Of a DNA stretch of 64,000 nucleotides, positions 52,812-62,653 are shown piece after piece. A model generated the notes under the pieces. The model made no database searches and had not been told where the DNA came from. It saw only the letters and a list, made by a program, of their open reading frames with translations. Positions within the stretch are counted from its first letter, which is position 1, and every line of letters starts with the position of its first letter. The stretch comes from Candidatus Poribacteria bacterium. GTDB taxonomy: Bacteria > Poribacteria > WGA-4E > WGA-3G. The stretch lies in contig OZ244048.1 of the NCBI GenBank assembly GCA_965215265.1, positions 4,640,001 to 4,704,000 on the forward strand. Direction: 5' to 3'. Both the position numbers and the translations under genes were made by a program.

Positions 52812-55016
52812 TCACACCGAAACCTCCACAATCGTCATGGTATCATTGCCGAAAATGTCTACGACTTTGACAGCGAGTTTGTACCGGCCCGGCGGGCATT
52901 CATGGGCCACGCTAGTCAATTCCAACGAGCGATCTTTCTTGGTGCGGAAGCTCTGCCACTCATTTTCAAAGACGTAGTCGCCTGTCCACTGCTCTTCCCA
53001 CTCGCCTGTGTCGGGATGTTGCACTCGGATAATTTCACGTTTGCTCTCGAAGTCAAAATCAACAGACCAGTAATCGATCCAGTCTGTCCAGTGCTTGGTC
53101 AATACTTCGCGGCTATAAACGCCGTCTGCATCTCTGCTGATTTTCACAACTTGTCCCTGCTCTACCACGATGCGACTGCCTTTCTTTCTGAGCTTCTCCT
53201 CAGCATGAGCGATAGAATCCTGCGAGTAAAACACGGAGAAGTCCGTTAGTTCAACGGCTACGGTAGAGCAACCCCTATCTTTTTCTGCTGATGTGATAAT
53301 CGGCTTAGCTTCAATAAACGCCACATCGTGGAACACGACCTGCCCTTGCTCCACTGCACGCTTGTCAAATACCTCGGCAGGGATGTATTTCGGTAGGAGG
53401 TCAATCCCTTTGCTTTTGGCTTCCCCTAAGAGGTTCGGAAAAAGTCCCATTTCAAATTCAAACCCGAGGATGTCCACGCGCGTGATGCGATGCTTACGGC
53501 ATTCAAGGATGATTTCCTCGACGAATAGGCGCGTTACGGGCAGATTGACGGGCCCAACTGCCACAAGCCGCCCCGCTTTTACGCCTTGAAAAGCGATGAA
53601 ACCGTCAGCCTTTTCAGCCGCATACGCGCGCAGGATGAGGTCGATGAACGCCGCCTCTTTTTCCTCTCGTTGACGTTGTGCTAATTTTTCACGAACCCTC
53701 TCTAACTCCCCTTTGTCAGAGGGATAACTTAACTCATGATAAGGGGGGGGGGGTTGGACGGTTGCACCGATGTAGTGCTGCCGTTCATACTTGCCGAGGT
53801 TGAGAATTTCAAAAGCCCGGTAGTCTTTGCCATCCGCCTTCAGTTGCCTCTGCACAGCAATCATCCGCTTGCGCGTCGTATGGATAGCGAACTTACCAAG
53901 ATCCGTTGCAATCCACTTGCGCCCTAACTTTTCAGCAACGGCGGCAGTCGTGCCGGAGCCACAGAAAAAGTCAGCGACAAGGTCGCCGTCGTTGGACGAG
54001 GCTTTGATGATACGCTCGAGGAGGGCTTCCCTTTTTTGAGTGGGATAGTTCAAATATTCTGCAGACCTAGCATCTTGTTGAAAAGAATTAATGTCATGCC
54101 AAGTATCAGGAACCGCTATGCCTTGAAGTTCATCAAGATACTGTTTTTTCCCGCTGCCTCTGTCTCTATATTTTCTGCCATCTGCATCAACCCTTTTGAA
54201 TATTTTTAAATACTTCTCATCATAAGGTAAAAACTGTTTATTGAAAATTTTTCTATCGTGATTTTTTGAATAGAACAGAATTGTCTCGTGGCTTCTTATC
54301 CAATTATTAACTGCGGATTTGTAGCCTGACTTTGTATCAAAGAACCAAATCACCTCCCGTTCAAAATTATTCTTATTTCCAAATATTTCATCTAAGAGCA
54401 GACGAACATGGCTATTCACCCGCCAATCACAATGCACGTAAATACTGCCGTCCTCGCTCAGCAGATCGTACATCAGTGCCAACCGTTCATAAATCATAGC
54501 AAGGAAGGAGTCTGTGCCTTTGCCCCAGGTGTCACGGTAGGCAATCTCTTCAAGGATGTTTGGTGCTTTGGGAAAGGGTTCCTCATCCTCACCAATCTTG
54601 ATATTTATAGAAAAATCCGCACCCACGTCAAACGGTGGGTCGATATAGATGAGTTTGAGTCCGCCTTGTGCTTCAATCTCCTCACGCATCGGTCCGTTCT
54701 TGAGCGATGACAAAACCAATTTGTTATCGCCCCAGGTCAGCTTATTCGTCCATCCTTTAAGTTGGCGGCCGCGCTCGTCGAAAAGGGCGAGTTGCTGCCC
54801 GGTCGTTTCTGGTTTCTCTGTACGTGGTTCATCTACCTGCTCGATGGTCTGGAACGGGAGGACGGTGTTGCCCACTTCGCCGGTCTTGCCGTTCCAGACG
54901 AGTTCTACTTCGCGTTTGTCGTCGAAGAGCAGAAAGCGGTATTTGTCGGGGAGTGGTTTGTCTGCCTCAATAAAGCGGATGATTTCTTGTTGTTCTTGTT
55001 CAGTGAGTCGTGGCAT
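52812..55016 (-). CDS. mod: Type III R-M modification methyltransferase (N6-adenine, beta class)
   Basis: 'LIYIDPPF' precedes 'DFFCGSGTT'; C-terminal 'VKVVDIFGND'; lies downstream of res. Confidence 0.9.
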   Translation of the reverse strand: MPRLTEQEQQEIIRFIEADKPLPDKYRFLLFDDKREVELVWNGKTGEVGNTVLPFQTIEQVDEPRTEKPETTGQQLALFDERGRQLKGWTNKLTWGDNKLVLSSLKNGPMREEIEAQGGLKLIYIDPPFDVGADFSINIKIGEDEEPFPKAPNILEEIAYRDTWGKGTDSFLAMIYERLALMYDLLSEDGSIYVHCDWRVNSHVRLLLDEIFGNKNNFEREVIWFFDTKSGYKSAVNNWIRSHETILFYSKNHDRKIFNKQFLPYDEKYLKIFKRVDADGRKYRDRGSGKKQYLDELQGIAVPDTWHDINSFQQDARSAEYLNYPTQKREALLERIIKASSNDGDLVADFFCGSGTTAAVAEKLGRKWIATDLGKFAIHTTRKRMIAVQRQLKADGKDYRAFEILNLGKYERQHYIGATVQPPPPYHELSYPSDKGELERVREKLAQRQREEKEAAFIDLILRAYAAEKADGFIAFQGVKAGRLVAVGPVNLPVTRLFVEEIILECRKHRITRVDILGFEFEMGLFPNLLGEAKSKGIDLLPKYIPAEVFDKRAVEQGQVVFHDVAFIEAKPIITSAEKDRGCSTVAVELTDFSVFYSQDSIAHAEEKLRKKGSRIVVEQGQVVKISRDADGVYSREVLTKHWTDWIDYWSVDFDFESKREIIRVQHPDTGEWEEQWTGDYVFENEWQSFRTKKDRSLELTSVAHECPPGRYKLAVKVVDIFGNDTMTIVEVSV

Positions 55017-55087
55017 GGGTTTCTCTCATTTCATTAGATTCTTCGGGTTGAGAAACAGGGGGTGTCACTTCTGTAAAACAGAGTTAA

Positions 55088-55689
55088 TTACCAAATTCTG
55101 TCAAGCCCGTAAGTTAGTTCAATATGTGCTTTCATACCTCGGTCAGTAACATTGACAAGATTTTTGAAGAACGCCTCAGTCTCTTGAATCGTCTTGCTCG
55201 TTAGTCGGATTCTCCCACTCGATGATTGTGTCCAATTGTAAGCTGGCATATCAAAACCGTGTGCGAAACTATGGCGAACACGTAATATCTCATTCAATCG
55301 CTCCCGAACCTGCAAGCTTACCATTCCCCGTCGAATCCAGACCCAATCGTCAATTGGATCATATCCTGTGTATTGGACAAGAAGGTTGCGTGTATTTTCC
55401 CAGTTTGGCGTATTAATCTTGTCAAAGCATTTTCTGCTGTGCCCTTAGCGAGTGTGTATACAGCATCAAATTTTAGGTTCAAGGGCTCTGCTATCACATT
55501 GTAGAAGTTACGCACCAAGTTGCTTATGTATGCGTTCCAGGCTGCGACGTAAGCTGCAAGTGCTGCGTGATAGTAAACCTGTTTTTCATCACGCGACGTA
55601 GGTCTCAATCGGCTATCTGTTGCTGTTCTGCGAAGTGTCCGTATGTGACCTACTGCGATGCTGTACTTCAATGCTGCTGGCGATGGCAC
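55088..55689 (-). pseudogene. HEPN-domain protein (RxxxxH) split by a 1-bp frameshift
   Basis: Adding one T at ~55415 joins the two ORFs into ~200 aa: ...ALTRFNTPNWEN...LNEILRVRHSFAHG. Confidence 0.7.
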
Positions 55690-55698
55690 AAGAAACCT

Positions 55699-56820
55699 TT
55701 AAAGATAACTTACAAATTCAGTGAGTGCTTCTCGATACCCCTCTAAAGGTCCAGGGTTGATTTGAACCTGTTTACCGTGAACTTTATTTGGTCCGGCACG
55801 AAGGCTATTTAAAGGTATTCCTTTAATTGTCATAACCACACAAGCACTGTGATAGTCGGGTATTTCTATGAACCTTTCGCTTGGTAACGCTTTCGGTGTT
55901 GCATAGATTTGGCGATGCTTCTTGTGAAGATCATCTAACGTTCTTTTAATAGATGCACTCACTGCCTCGAACGCCATGCTTGCTTTGCCGCGATAAAGGG
56001 TTACGCGGTTACTGACGAAGGTGTGAAGTTTGGGAATATCCAAACCTTCTTCCTTCGCTCTGTTGGTAAAGTTGATTCTCGCATAAGTTTCTATCTTCGG
56101 GTCACCCTCACCGATACTGTATCCATAAAGCAGCGCGACGACATTCTCCACAGCCCTACGCGAACTATCATCAGGTGTAAAAGGCACGACAAGATTTTCG
56201 GCAGCAGCGAGTGCCAATTGGGTGTAGATAGCGAAACTCGGATTACAGTCAATAATGAAGAGCGTATCTCTGTCTCCGCTTCGCTTACGCAACGCGATTG
56301 TTAGATCTTTGATCCAGCAGAGTACCTGTTTCCATGCATTTATTGGGATAGCGAGTTGAGATGTCTGGCGAATCGCCTCCGATAGAATTTCCAACAGATA
56401 ATCGCCGCAAACCAAAAGTAAATTGATTGGAAGCTTTGGGTTAAAGTCCCGAGGGCGACACACATAGGGAGATACATCCTTGATAGACTGAAAGGGAGAA
56501 TTCAGCCGTGCTTCTAGATAGCCCGCGACTGTAGCACGAGGTGTTTTCTCTATCAGTTTGTGTATCACATCATAATTTTTGTGAGTGACATTATAATCAA
56601 TTGGAAACATTTCGTCGGAATTAGTTGAAGACAATTGGTTGGGATTAATTAACGCCTCGGAATTCAGTAGTAACATCTCAGAGATATTTGCCTGCGGGCA
56701 GAGGTCTATAACATAAACATCGGTGCCCGGGTTAGCACGGGCATATTCAGTTGCTGCAACAAAAGCTAAGAAACTTTTGCCAACCCCGCCCTTGTTGTTC
56801 CAGAATGCATAAGTTATCAT
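55699..56820 (-). CDS. ParA/Soj-like ATPase
   Basis: Deviant Walker A 'NNKGGVGKS', 'IDLCPQAN', 'IDCNPS'; SD GAGG. Confidence 0.88.
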   Translation of the reverse strand: MITYAFWNNKGGVGKSFLAFVAATEYARANPGTDVYVIDLCPQANISEMLLLNSEALINPNQLSSTNSDEMFPIDYNVTHKNYDVIHKLIEKTPRATVAGYLEARLNSPFQSIKDVSPYVCRPRDFNPKLPINLLLVCGDYLLEILSEAIRQTSQLAIPINAWKQVLCWIKDLTIALRKRSGDRDTLFIIDCNPSFAIYTQLALAAAENLVVPFTPDDSSRRAVENVVALLYGYSIGEGDPKIETYARINFTNRAKEEGLDIPKLHTFVSNRVTLYRGKASMAFEAVSASIKRTLDDLHKKHRQIYATPKALPSERFIEIPDYHSACVVMTIKGIPLNSLRAGPNKVHGKQVQINPGPLEGYREALTEFVSYL

Positions 56821-56897
56821 AATACAATCCTCTTAAAAGGGAAATTTTATCAACCTCAACCTCAAGAATAGCAGGAACATGGTTCGTTATTCACACG

Positions 56898-59582
56898 CTA
56901 TGAGGTTTTGTACTCGTTGAAGCCGTCGAGCAGCTGCTGAAAGGTTTCCGGTCTATATGTCTCAAAGCTCCCTTGATCGACGTAGACGAAATCATAATCA
57001 ACATCTGACGTGGCTCTGTTGACATCCTCACACCATTGTGCCAGTCGGTGCATCTTGCGCGGTACATCCAGATCTTCTCTGCCCTTGGTTTCGACGACAA
57101 TCACGCGTCCGTCCGTCAACTTGACGAGGAAGTCCGGGTAGTAATTGGCGATGTCTCCGTCTGCGGTGACGTAATCGAGTTTAAAATGCACCGCATAGTA
57201 GTTTTTAGCGTAGGCAGTGACATCGGGGCAGTTTTCCAAAAATGCAGCGAATTTTAATTCAAGATTCCTATCCCCGGTAATTTTATTGAACACGGATTTT
57301 TGGGGAATTAAGTATTTCTGCTCTTTCACCATAAAAGGTTGCGTATCTTGCACTCTGACCGTCTCGCTCAATTGTGCATTCCCTTTATCCCGTATCGTGA
57401 GCGCGTTAATGGCACGCTTGAAAGTCTCGATGACGGTTTTCGTAGCCGGGCTTTCCGCCAGATTGCTCAAAGTAAAGGGGTTATCCAACGCCACCGTCTC
57501 GCCAAACAGGTGGTGCTGAACAAACTTCTTCACCTTTGGGTATAGCACCTCATAACCGCTGACGAGTCGTAACTCTTTCATGATCGTCTGTGCGAAATAG
57601 CCGAGTGCACTGCGGTAATCTTCAACCCCGGGGCCCTCCATTACTGTGGTATGGGAAACTTCGCCCGTTGTCATGTATTCAAACCTAATTTCCCGGATCT
57701 CCGTTTCGAGGGACTCCTGATAGGTTATAGGGACAAACTCAAGTTGTGCAAGATCCAAGTCAGCCAGATTTTTGTATTCACGATAGACGCGGCGCGTGAG
57801 TATCGGAATCTCAATATCGAGTGCGTCGATGTGCTTGTTAGGGTTCTCTTTATCGACCTCAATTACGAGCGGGGTTTTGGGTTTCGTGGCTTCACCCATG
57901 GGTTGACGTTCTAATTCGACACCCTCCTCTTGGATTTGCTCAATGAAATCCATGAAGGCCTTGGTTCCGACCACGCTCACAGATTCGTTCACTGCGTTGG
58001 GATACATCCGGCGGAGCCCGCGGCCTAACGTCTGCTCCGGTAAAATGTTGCTTTTGGCGGAATAGGCCCGGAGTCCGACAATGGTTGTAACGTTTTTGAC
58101 ATCCCATCCCTCCTTGAGCATCAACACGGAGACGATCGCCTTGTAGGGGTTATCCGGTGAATCAATCTCATTTGCCTGTTTACGGAGTTTCTCTAATTCT
58201 TCTTTGCTCTTACCGGATGTCGCTTCTGAAATTTCACCATTTTTCTTGGTGTGAATCACCAGAACAGAATTTTTGAGTTGTGGGTAGCGTTTTTCCAGAT
58301 AATCCGCGACTTCATCGCAGTTTTTGGTATCATCAGTCATCACAAACAGGATGGCTTTCTTTCCGAGTTTTTCATGTTCTACGAATGCTTTTTGCCACTC
58401 AATGATGCCGAGTTCAAGGTAATCAGCGTATTTCTCTGTGTATTTCGCGCTTTGCCGCTCAACAAGTTTCGTTCTGCTCTCTGCATCGGGGAGCACCGGG
58501 TGCTTGACCACGTTTTGCGAGATTGCCTCGACGAGGGGATAATCTGCGACCGTCTGTACAAAAATTGCGCCGTCGTTATGCTTAGGTGTGGCGGTTACGT
58601 CCACTTGTAATGCGAGTTCACTGCCTTTTTGCAAGAGACGGTTGTGGATATCCTCAATGGACTTGAACCATGCCATCTGAGGGTTATGGATATGATGTGC
58701 CTCATCGTTGAGCACCATCAGTTCGTCTATGTCCCGTACAATATCTCCGAGGTCTACCTTAGAGTCTGTGGTTGCGCCTGTGGGTTTTTTGCCGAAGAAG
58801 TAGTCCATACTATTGTCATCGTGCGGTGAGGGGTGGGCCTGGTCACTGGGATAGACACGGTGGATATTGGTTAGAAAGATGTTGCTGGTGGGTTGGGTGA
58901 CGCGGGCTTCATCCTGCAGGTGTAACGTCAGTTGAAAATCGTCGCGCCAGTTGTGCCCTTCAAAACCGTTGTTGGGTAACACCGGGTCTTCAGAGAAGAT
59001 ACGCAGCCCCTGAAAATCGTGATAGAGGCGGTCAAGCACAATGATATTAGGGGCGATAACGAGAAAGTTTCGCGAGAGTTGGGAGTCTGGTTCATACAGT
59101 TTGTGAAAGAAACTCCAGGCAATTGCAAGGCTCATCACCTTTGTTTTTCCTGTCCCTGTTGCCATTTTTATGACAAACCGTCGCCAGTTTTCGTCAAATA
59201 GTCCGGTCGAAATAGTGCCGGAACTGTCAAAGCGCATCAGATCAAATTTATTCCTCACTTTGACGACATCATGAAGATAGATGATGGTTTCGAGTGCCTC
59301 GCGTTGTGCGAAGTAATACTGAAACTTGCTCGCTCTGCCATCTGGCTGTTCTCGTGGGTGCGGCGTATTAAACCACCAATTGAGAAGTGCCCGGCTTGTC
59401 TCGGAAGCACCTTTGTAGTTGTCATCGCGCCACGTTTTGACCTGCTTTCGGATTTTTTGGACAAGCGGGGGCAGTAACATGCCATAGGGGGCTTCACGCA
59501 GCAGTGTTTCATCCGGAAGCCAGCGTACTGAAGGATCCATTATTGCGTATGGAGATTCGGGGAAGTCCCTGTGTAGTGCCAT
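56898..59582 (-). CDS. res: Type III R-M restriction subunit (helicase + PD-(D/E)xK nuclease)
   Basis: 'MATGTGKT', 'DEAH', 'TAT', 'LKEGWDV', 'QTLGRGLR', 'YYPDF...VETKG'. Confidence 0.9.
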   Translation of the reverse strand: MALHRDFPESPYAIMDPSVRWLPDETLLREAPYGMLLPPLVQKIRKQVKTWRDDNYKGASETSRALLNWWFNTPHPREQPDGRASKFQYYFAQREALETIIYLHDVVKVRNKFDLMRFDSSGTISTGLFDENWRRFVIKMATGTGKTKVMSLAIAWSFFHKLYEPDSQLSRNFLVIAPNIIVLDRLYHDFQGLRIFSEDPVLPNNGFEGHNWRDDFQLTLHLQDEARVTQPTSNIFLTNIHRVYPSDQAHPSPHDDNSMDYFFGKKPTGATTDSKVDLGDIVRDIDELMVLNDEAHHIHNPQMAWFKSIEDIHNRLLQKGSELALQVDVTATPKHNDGAIFVQTVADYPLVEAISQNVVKHPVLPDAESRTKLVERQSAKYTEKYADYLELGIIEWQKAFVEHEKLGKKAILFVMTDDTKNCDEVADYLEKRYPQLKNSVLVIHTKKNGEISEATSGKSKEELEKLRKQANEIDSPDNPYKAIVSVLMLKEGWDVKNVTTIVGLRAYSAKSNILPEQTLGRGLRRMYPNAVNESVSVVGTKAFMDFIEQIQEEGVELERQPMGEATKPKTPLVIEVDKENPNKHIDALDIEIPILTRRVYREYKNLADLDLAQLEFVPITYQESLETEIREIRFEYMTTGEVSHTTVMEGPGVEDYRSALGYFAQTIMKELRLVSGYEVLYPKVKKFVQHHLFGETVALDNPFTLSNLAESPATKTVIETFKRAINALTIRDKGNAQLSETVRVQDTQPFMVKEQKYLIPQKSVFNKITGDRNLELKFAAFLENCPDVTAYAKNYYAVHFKLDYVTADGDIANYYPDFLVKLTDGRVIVVETKGREDLDVPRKMHRLAQWCEDVNRATSDVDYDFVYVDQGSFETYRPETFQQLLDGFNEYKTS

Positions 59583-59638
59583 CTTTCTCTTTTTCCTTAT
59601 TGACTGGAACACCTTAGCTTAATTAACAGATGTATTAA

Positions 59639-59668
59639 AGTTTAGCACAAAGTGGTATTGAATGTCAA
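59639..59668 (-). promoter_or_regulatory. Sigma70 promoter of the res-parA-HEPN-mod operon
   Basis: Minus strand TTGACA, 18-bp spacer, TAAACT with extended TG. Confidence 0.6.
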
Positions 59669-59909
59669 CCGATATTTTTTGTCGAACACTTGTGAGAAAG
59701 GGGTTGAGCAGATACCGCTTCGGGGATGACTGACACGGTTTCTCACAGAAATACCCCGCCATCGCTCCTACCGTCAACTTATAAAAAAAATGGGCGGAAG
59801 TGAGAGATCGCATCTATCTTTTTCTTTCAAAGCCTTAACGAACTGCAGACAACGCTGCTATAATTGAAAATGTGTATAACATTAAGAAAGTATGGAGAGG
59901 CTAACGGGT

Positions 59910-60630
59910 ATGCCCCAAGAACGCGATAGCGCCGTGAAATATTTGATGCACCTCAACACGCTACCGTTCGTCAAATTTATACTTGGCGAACTTGCCGGAG
60001 GAAAGATGGAGATAGTGGAAATCGTTGACACGCAACAGCCGAAGTTCGTCTCCCATGAAGGCAACAGCACTGTGAAAGTGAAGATCGATGGCAAACCAAT
60101 GATTGTGCATATCGAATTTCAAGTCACCGACAGCGCGCAGCCGATGTGGGCAAGGCTTGCGACTTACTCTGGCTATCTCATCGGCATACACCAATACCCC
60201 GTCTACTGTACAGTGGTCTATCTCCGTCCAACGGCAGGACGCAAAGACCCCGGAGGCTACGCTTATGACGTAGGCCACTTCAAATACCTCTTGCAATATA
60301 AGGTTCTCCGGCTCAGTGAAGTCGATGGAGAATCCGTCTTACAACAACAAGTACCGGAGTTACTACCGTTCACGGGACTCATGAAACGCCCGGCAGGGAT
60401 GGGCTAAAGGCGTGGCTAGAAAGGTGCGTTGCCAGTGCAACCTCACCGGACCTGCTGATTGACGACACCACCCGCGCAGATCTGATAGCACTCTTCAAGG
60501 GACTTACCGAAACCGTTTGCGGTATAGAGATAATCAAGCAGCTTATAGAGGAGAAACTCATGGAAAAATCCAGTTTCCTTCAGGAATATATTCAACGCGG
60601 CCTCCAACAAGGGCGCGAAGAAGGGGTGAG
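59910..60630 (+). pseudogene. Rpn-like (PD-(D/E)xK, putative transposase) protein, frameshifted and truncated
   Basis: 'HIEFQ', 'VVYL', 'LLPF..LM'. After a frameshift at ~60400 the frame continues to 'MEKSSFLQEYIQRGLQQGREEG'. Confidence 0.75.
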
Positions 60631-60653
60631 TAATTGGAAATCGGGATGTTATA

Positions 60654-61484
60654 CTATGATGACTTGTTCATATCAAGCTCCGCCATCGTTCTGAGGTTTA
60701 ACAAAGGTGTCATGACACCGCCGGCGGCCGGGAGGACAACGCCGGTGTCGTAAAGTTTCATGGCTGCGACGGTGGCGTGTGCCACATCCTCCGGTGTGCC
60801 GGGGCGTACCATGAAAATGTAGCCTTTTTCGGCTGCTTCTTCGTAATCTGGGACACGGACGCGTGAGAGATCGGTATCAATCACGCCTGCAGCAATCCCG
60901 TTCACCTTGATTCCGTGTGCTGCTAATCTTCCGGCATACGCACGCATGCTCATTTCTAATCCGGCTTTTGAGATGCAGTAAGCTGTCCGATTATCTGATG
61001 CCATTGTATCGGAGATTGAGAGCGTATAGATGATGCACCCACGAATGTCGTTGTCTATCATGTAGTTTGCGACACGTTGGGTGAGAAAATGTGGTGCCTT
61101 GAGGTTCGTATTGATCAGTAAGTCAAACTGTTCCGGGCTCTCTTCAAGGATATCCGCAATTCGGGTGATACCGGCGTTATTAATGAGGATATCTACCTTT
61201 CCGAAGGCATCGTGGGCGGTGTCAAGTAGTTTTGGGTGCCCATCTATGTCACTGATATCCGCTTTCAAAATAACTGCTTTTCTCCCAAGCGTTTCGACGG
61301 CCTGTTGAACCTCTAGGGCAGCATCGCGATTTTGGTTGTAGTTTATTAGGACGTTTGCCCCTTGGCGTGCTAATTCAATAGCAATTGCACGGCCGATGCC
61401 GCGACTGGAGCCTGTGACGATGGCAGCTTTGTCGGTGAGTGAAACGTCTGTTGCAAAAAAACCGATGTCTGTATGTCTGTTCAT
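60654..61484 (-). CDS. SDR oxidoreductase
   Basis: TGSSRGIG, NNAG, YCISK. Confidence 0.92.
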   Translation of the reverse strand: MNRHTDIGFFATDVSLTDKAAIVTGSSRGIGRAIAIELARQGANVLINYNQNRDAALEVQQAVETLGRKAVILKADISDIDGHPKLLDTAHDAFGKVDILINNAGITRIADILEESPEQFDLLINTNLKAPHFLTQRVANYMIDNDIRGCIIYTLSISDTMASDNRTAYCISKAGLEMSMRAYAGRLAAHGIKVNGIAAGVIDTDLSRVRVPDYEEAAEKGYIFMVRPGTPEDVAHATVAAMKLYDTGVVLPAAGGVMTPLLNLRTMAELDMNKSS

Positions 61485-61529
61485 AACTTTGTCCTTTTTT
61501 TAAGCACGTAAAACTGACAGTTTACGGTA

Positions 61530-62609
61530 CTAATCCGAATATGGATCTGCGGCATCGCGAAGTGCGTCTCCGAGGAAGTTAAAAGCGATGACGACAACTA
61601 GCACCGGGACAGCTGGGAAGATTAACCATGGATAGTGGAGTAGGACGGTGACGCGCTGTGCCTCCTCTAATAGAACGCCCCAGCTCGTCATTGGCGGACG
61701 GATGCCTAACCCTAAGAAACTGAGGGCTGTTTCGCCTAAAATCATACCAGGGATGGCGAGTGTCGCAATCACAATAATATGGCTATAACACCCCGGCAAA
61801 AGGTGCCGCGTGATAATGTGCCAATGCCCGGCTCCTGCAGCAAGTGCTGCCATGACAAAATCGCTCTCGCGGTATGCCAACACTTTGCCACGTACCTGCC
61901 GGGCTAATCCACCCCAACCGATGATTGACAAAATGATTGTAATGCCGAAATAGGTCTGAATGCTGGACCAACCAGGCGGCAACGCCGCACCTAGTGCCAT
62001 CCACAGCGGGATATTCGGAAAAGCGGAGAGAATTTCGATAATGCGTTGGATGAGATTGTCTACCCACCCACCCCAATATCCAGAGATCGTTCCAAGAATA
62101 GAACCGAGGATGATGCTTAAAAAAACCCCGACTAAGCCGAGTGTCATAGAAACGCGGCCACCGTATATCATTCTTGAGAGCAAGTCGCGGCCCATCCGGT
62201 CGGTGCCAAATAAGAACATGGGCCCAGCAGAACTAAAAAAGTGTCGCCTGCCACCTGCATCTTTGAAAAGAAATTTAACCGGATGCCGTTGTGTCGTATC
62301 TCGCGTGAATTCTAATTCGAGGGTTTCAGGGTTACGCGTAGATTTTAGTCCGTAGACATAGATGCCATCGGTTGTTGAAAAATGGAGCGGTTGCGGAGGC
62401 ACGTGCCGGAAGCGCATGTTGATCTCGTTATAGTGATACGGCGCGAAGAAGTCTGCACCTATTGCAACGATGTAAAAGAAAAGCAAAAGCCCGCTCGCAA
62501 TAAGGCCCATCCGGTTTTTCCGGAAACGCCGCCATATTAGTTGACGGTAACTTAATTGTCCTATTTCGACGGAACTAGCATCTATATCATTGACTTGTGG
62601 ATTATTCAT
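61530..62609 (-). CDS. Peptide/nickel ABC permease (DppC/OppC-like)
   Basis: 'FGTDRMGRD', 'ETALSFLGLG', 'GDALRDAADP'. Confidence 0.92.
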   Translation of the reverse strand: MNNPQVNDIDASSVEIGQLSYRQLIWRRFRKNRMGLIASGLLLFFYIVAIGADFFAPYHYNEINMRFRHVPPQPLHFSTTDGIYVYGLKSTRNPETLELEFTRDTTQRHPVKFLFKDAGGRRHFFSSAGPMFLFGTDRMGRDLLSRMIYGGRVSMTLGLVGVFLSIILGSILGTISGYWGGWVDNLIQRIIEILSAFPNIPLWMALGAALPPGWSSIQTYFGITIILSIIGWGGLARQVRGKVLAYRESDFVMAALAAGAGHWHIITRHLLPGCYSHIIVIATLAIPGMILGETALSFLGLGIRPPMTSWGVLLEEAQRVTVLLHYPWLIFPAVPVLVVVIAFNFLGDALRDAADPYSD

Positions 62610-62653
62610 AGAGAATCCTCACATCTACTGAGGCAAGCGAAAGAGGCACTAAA

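Noticed and set aside
55699-56820. Chromosome or plasmid partition locus
   Set aside because: No parB, parS or rep nearby; the gene is embedded in an R-M operon.
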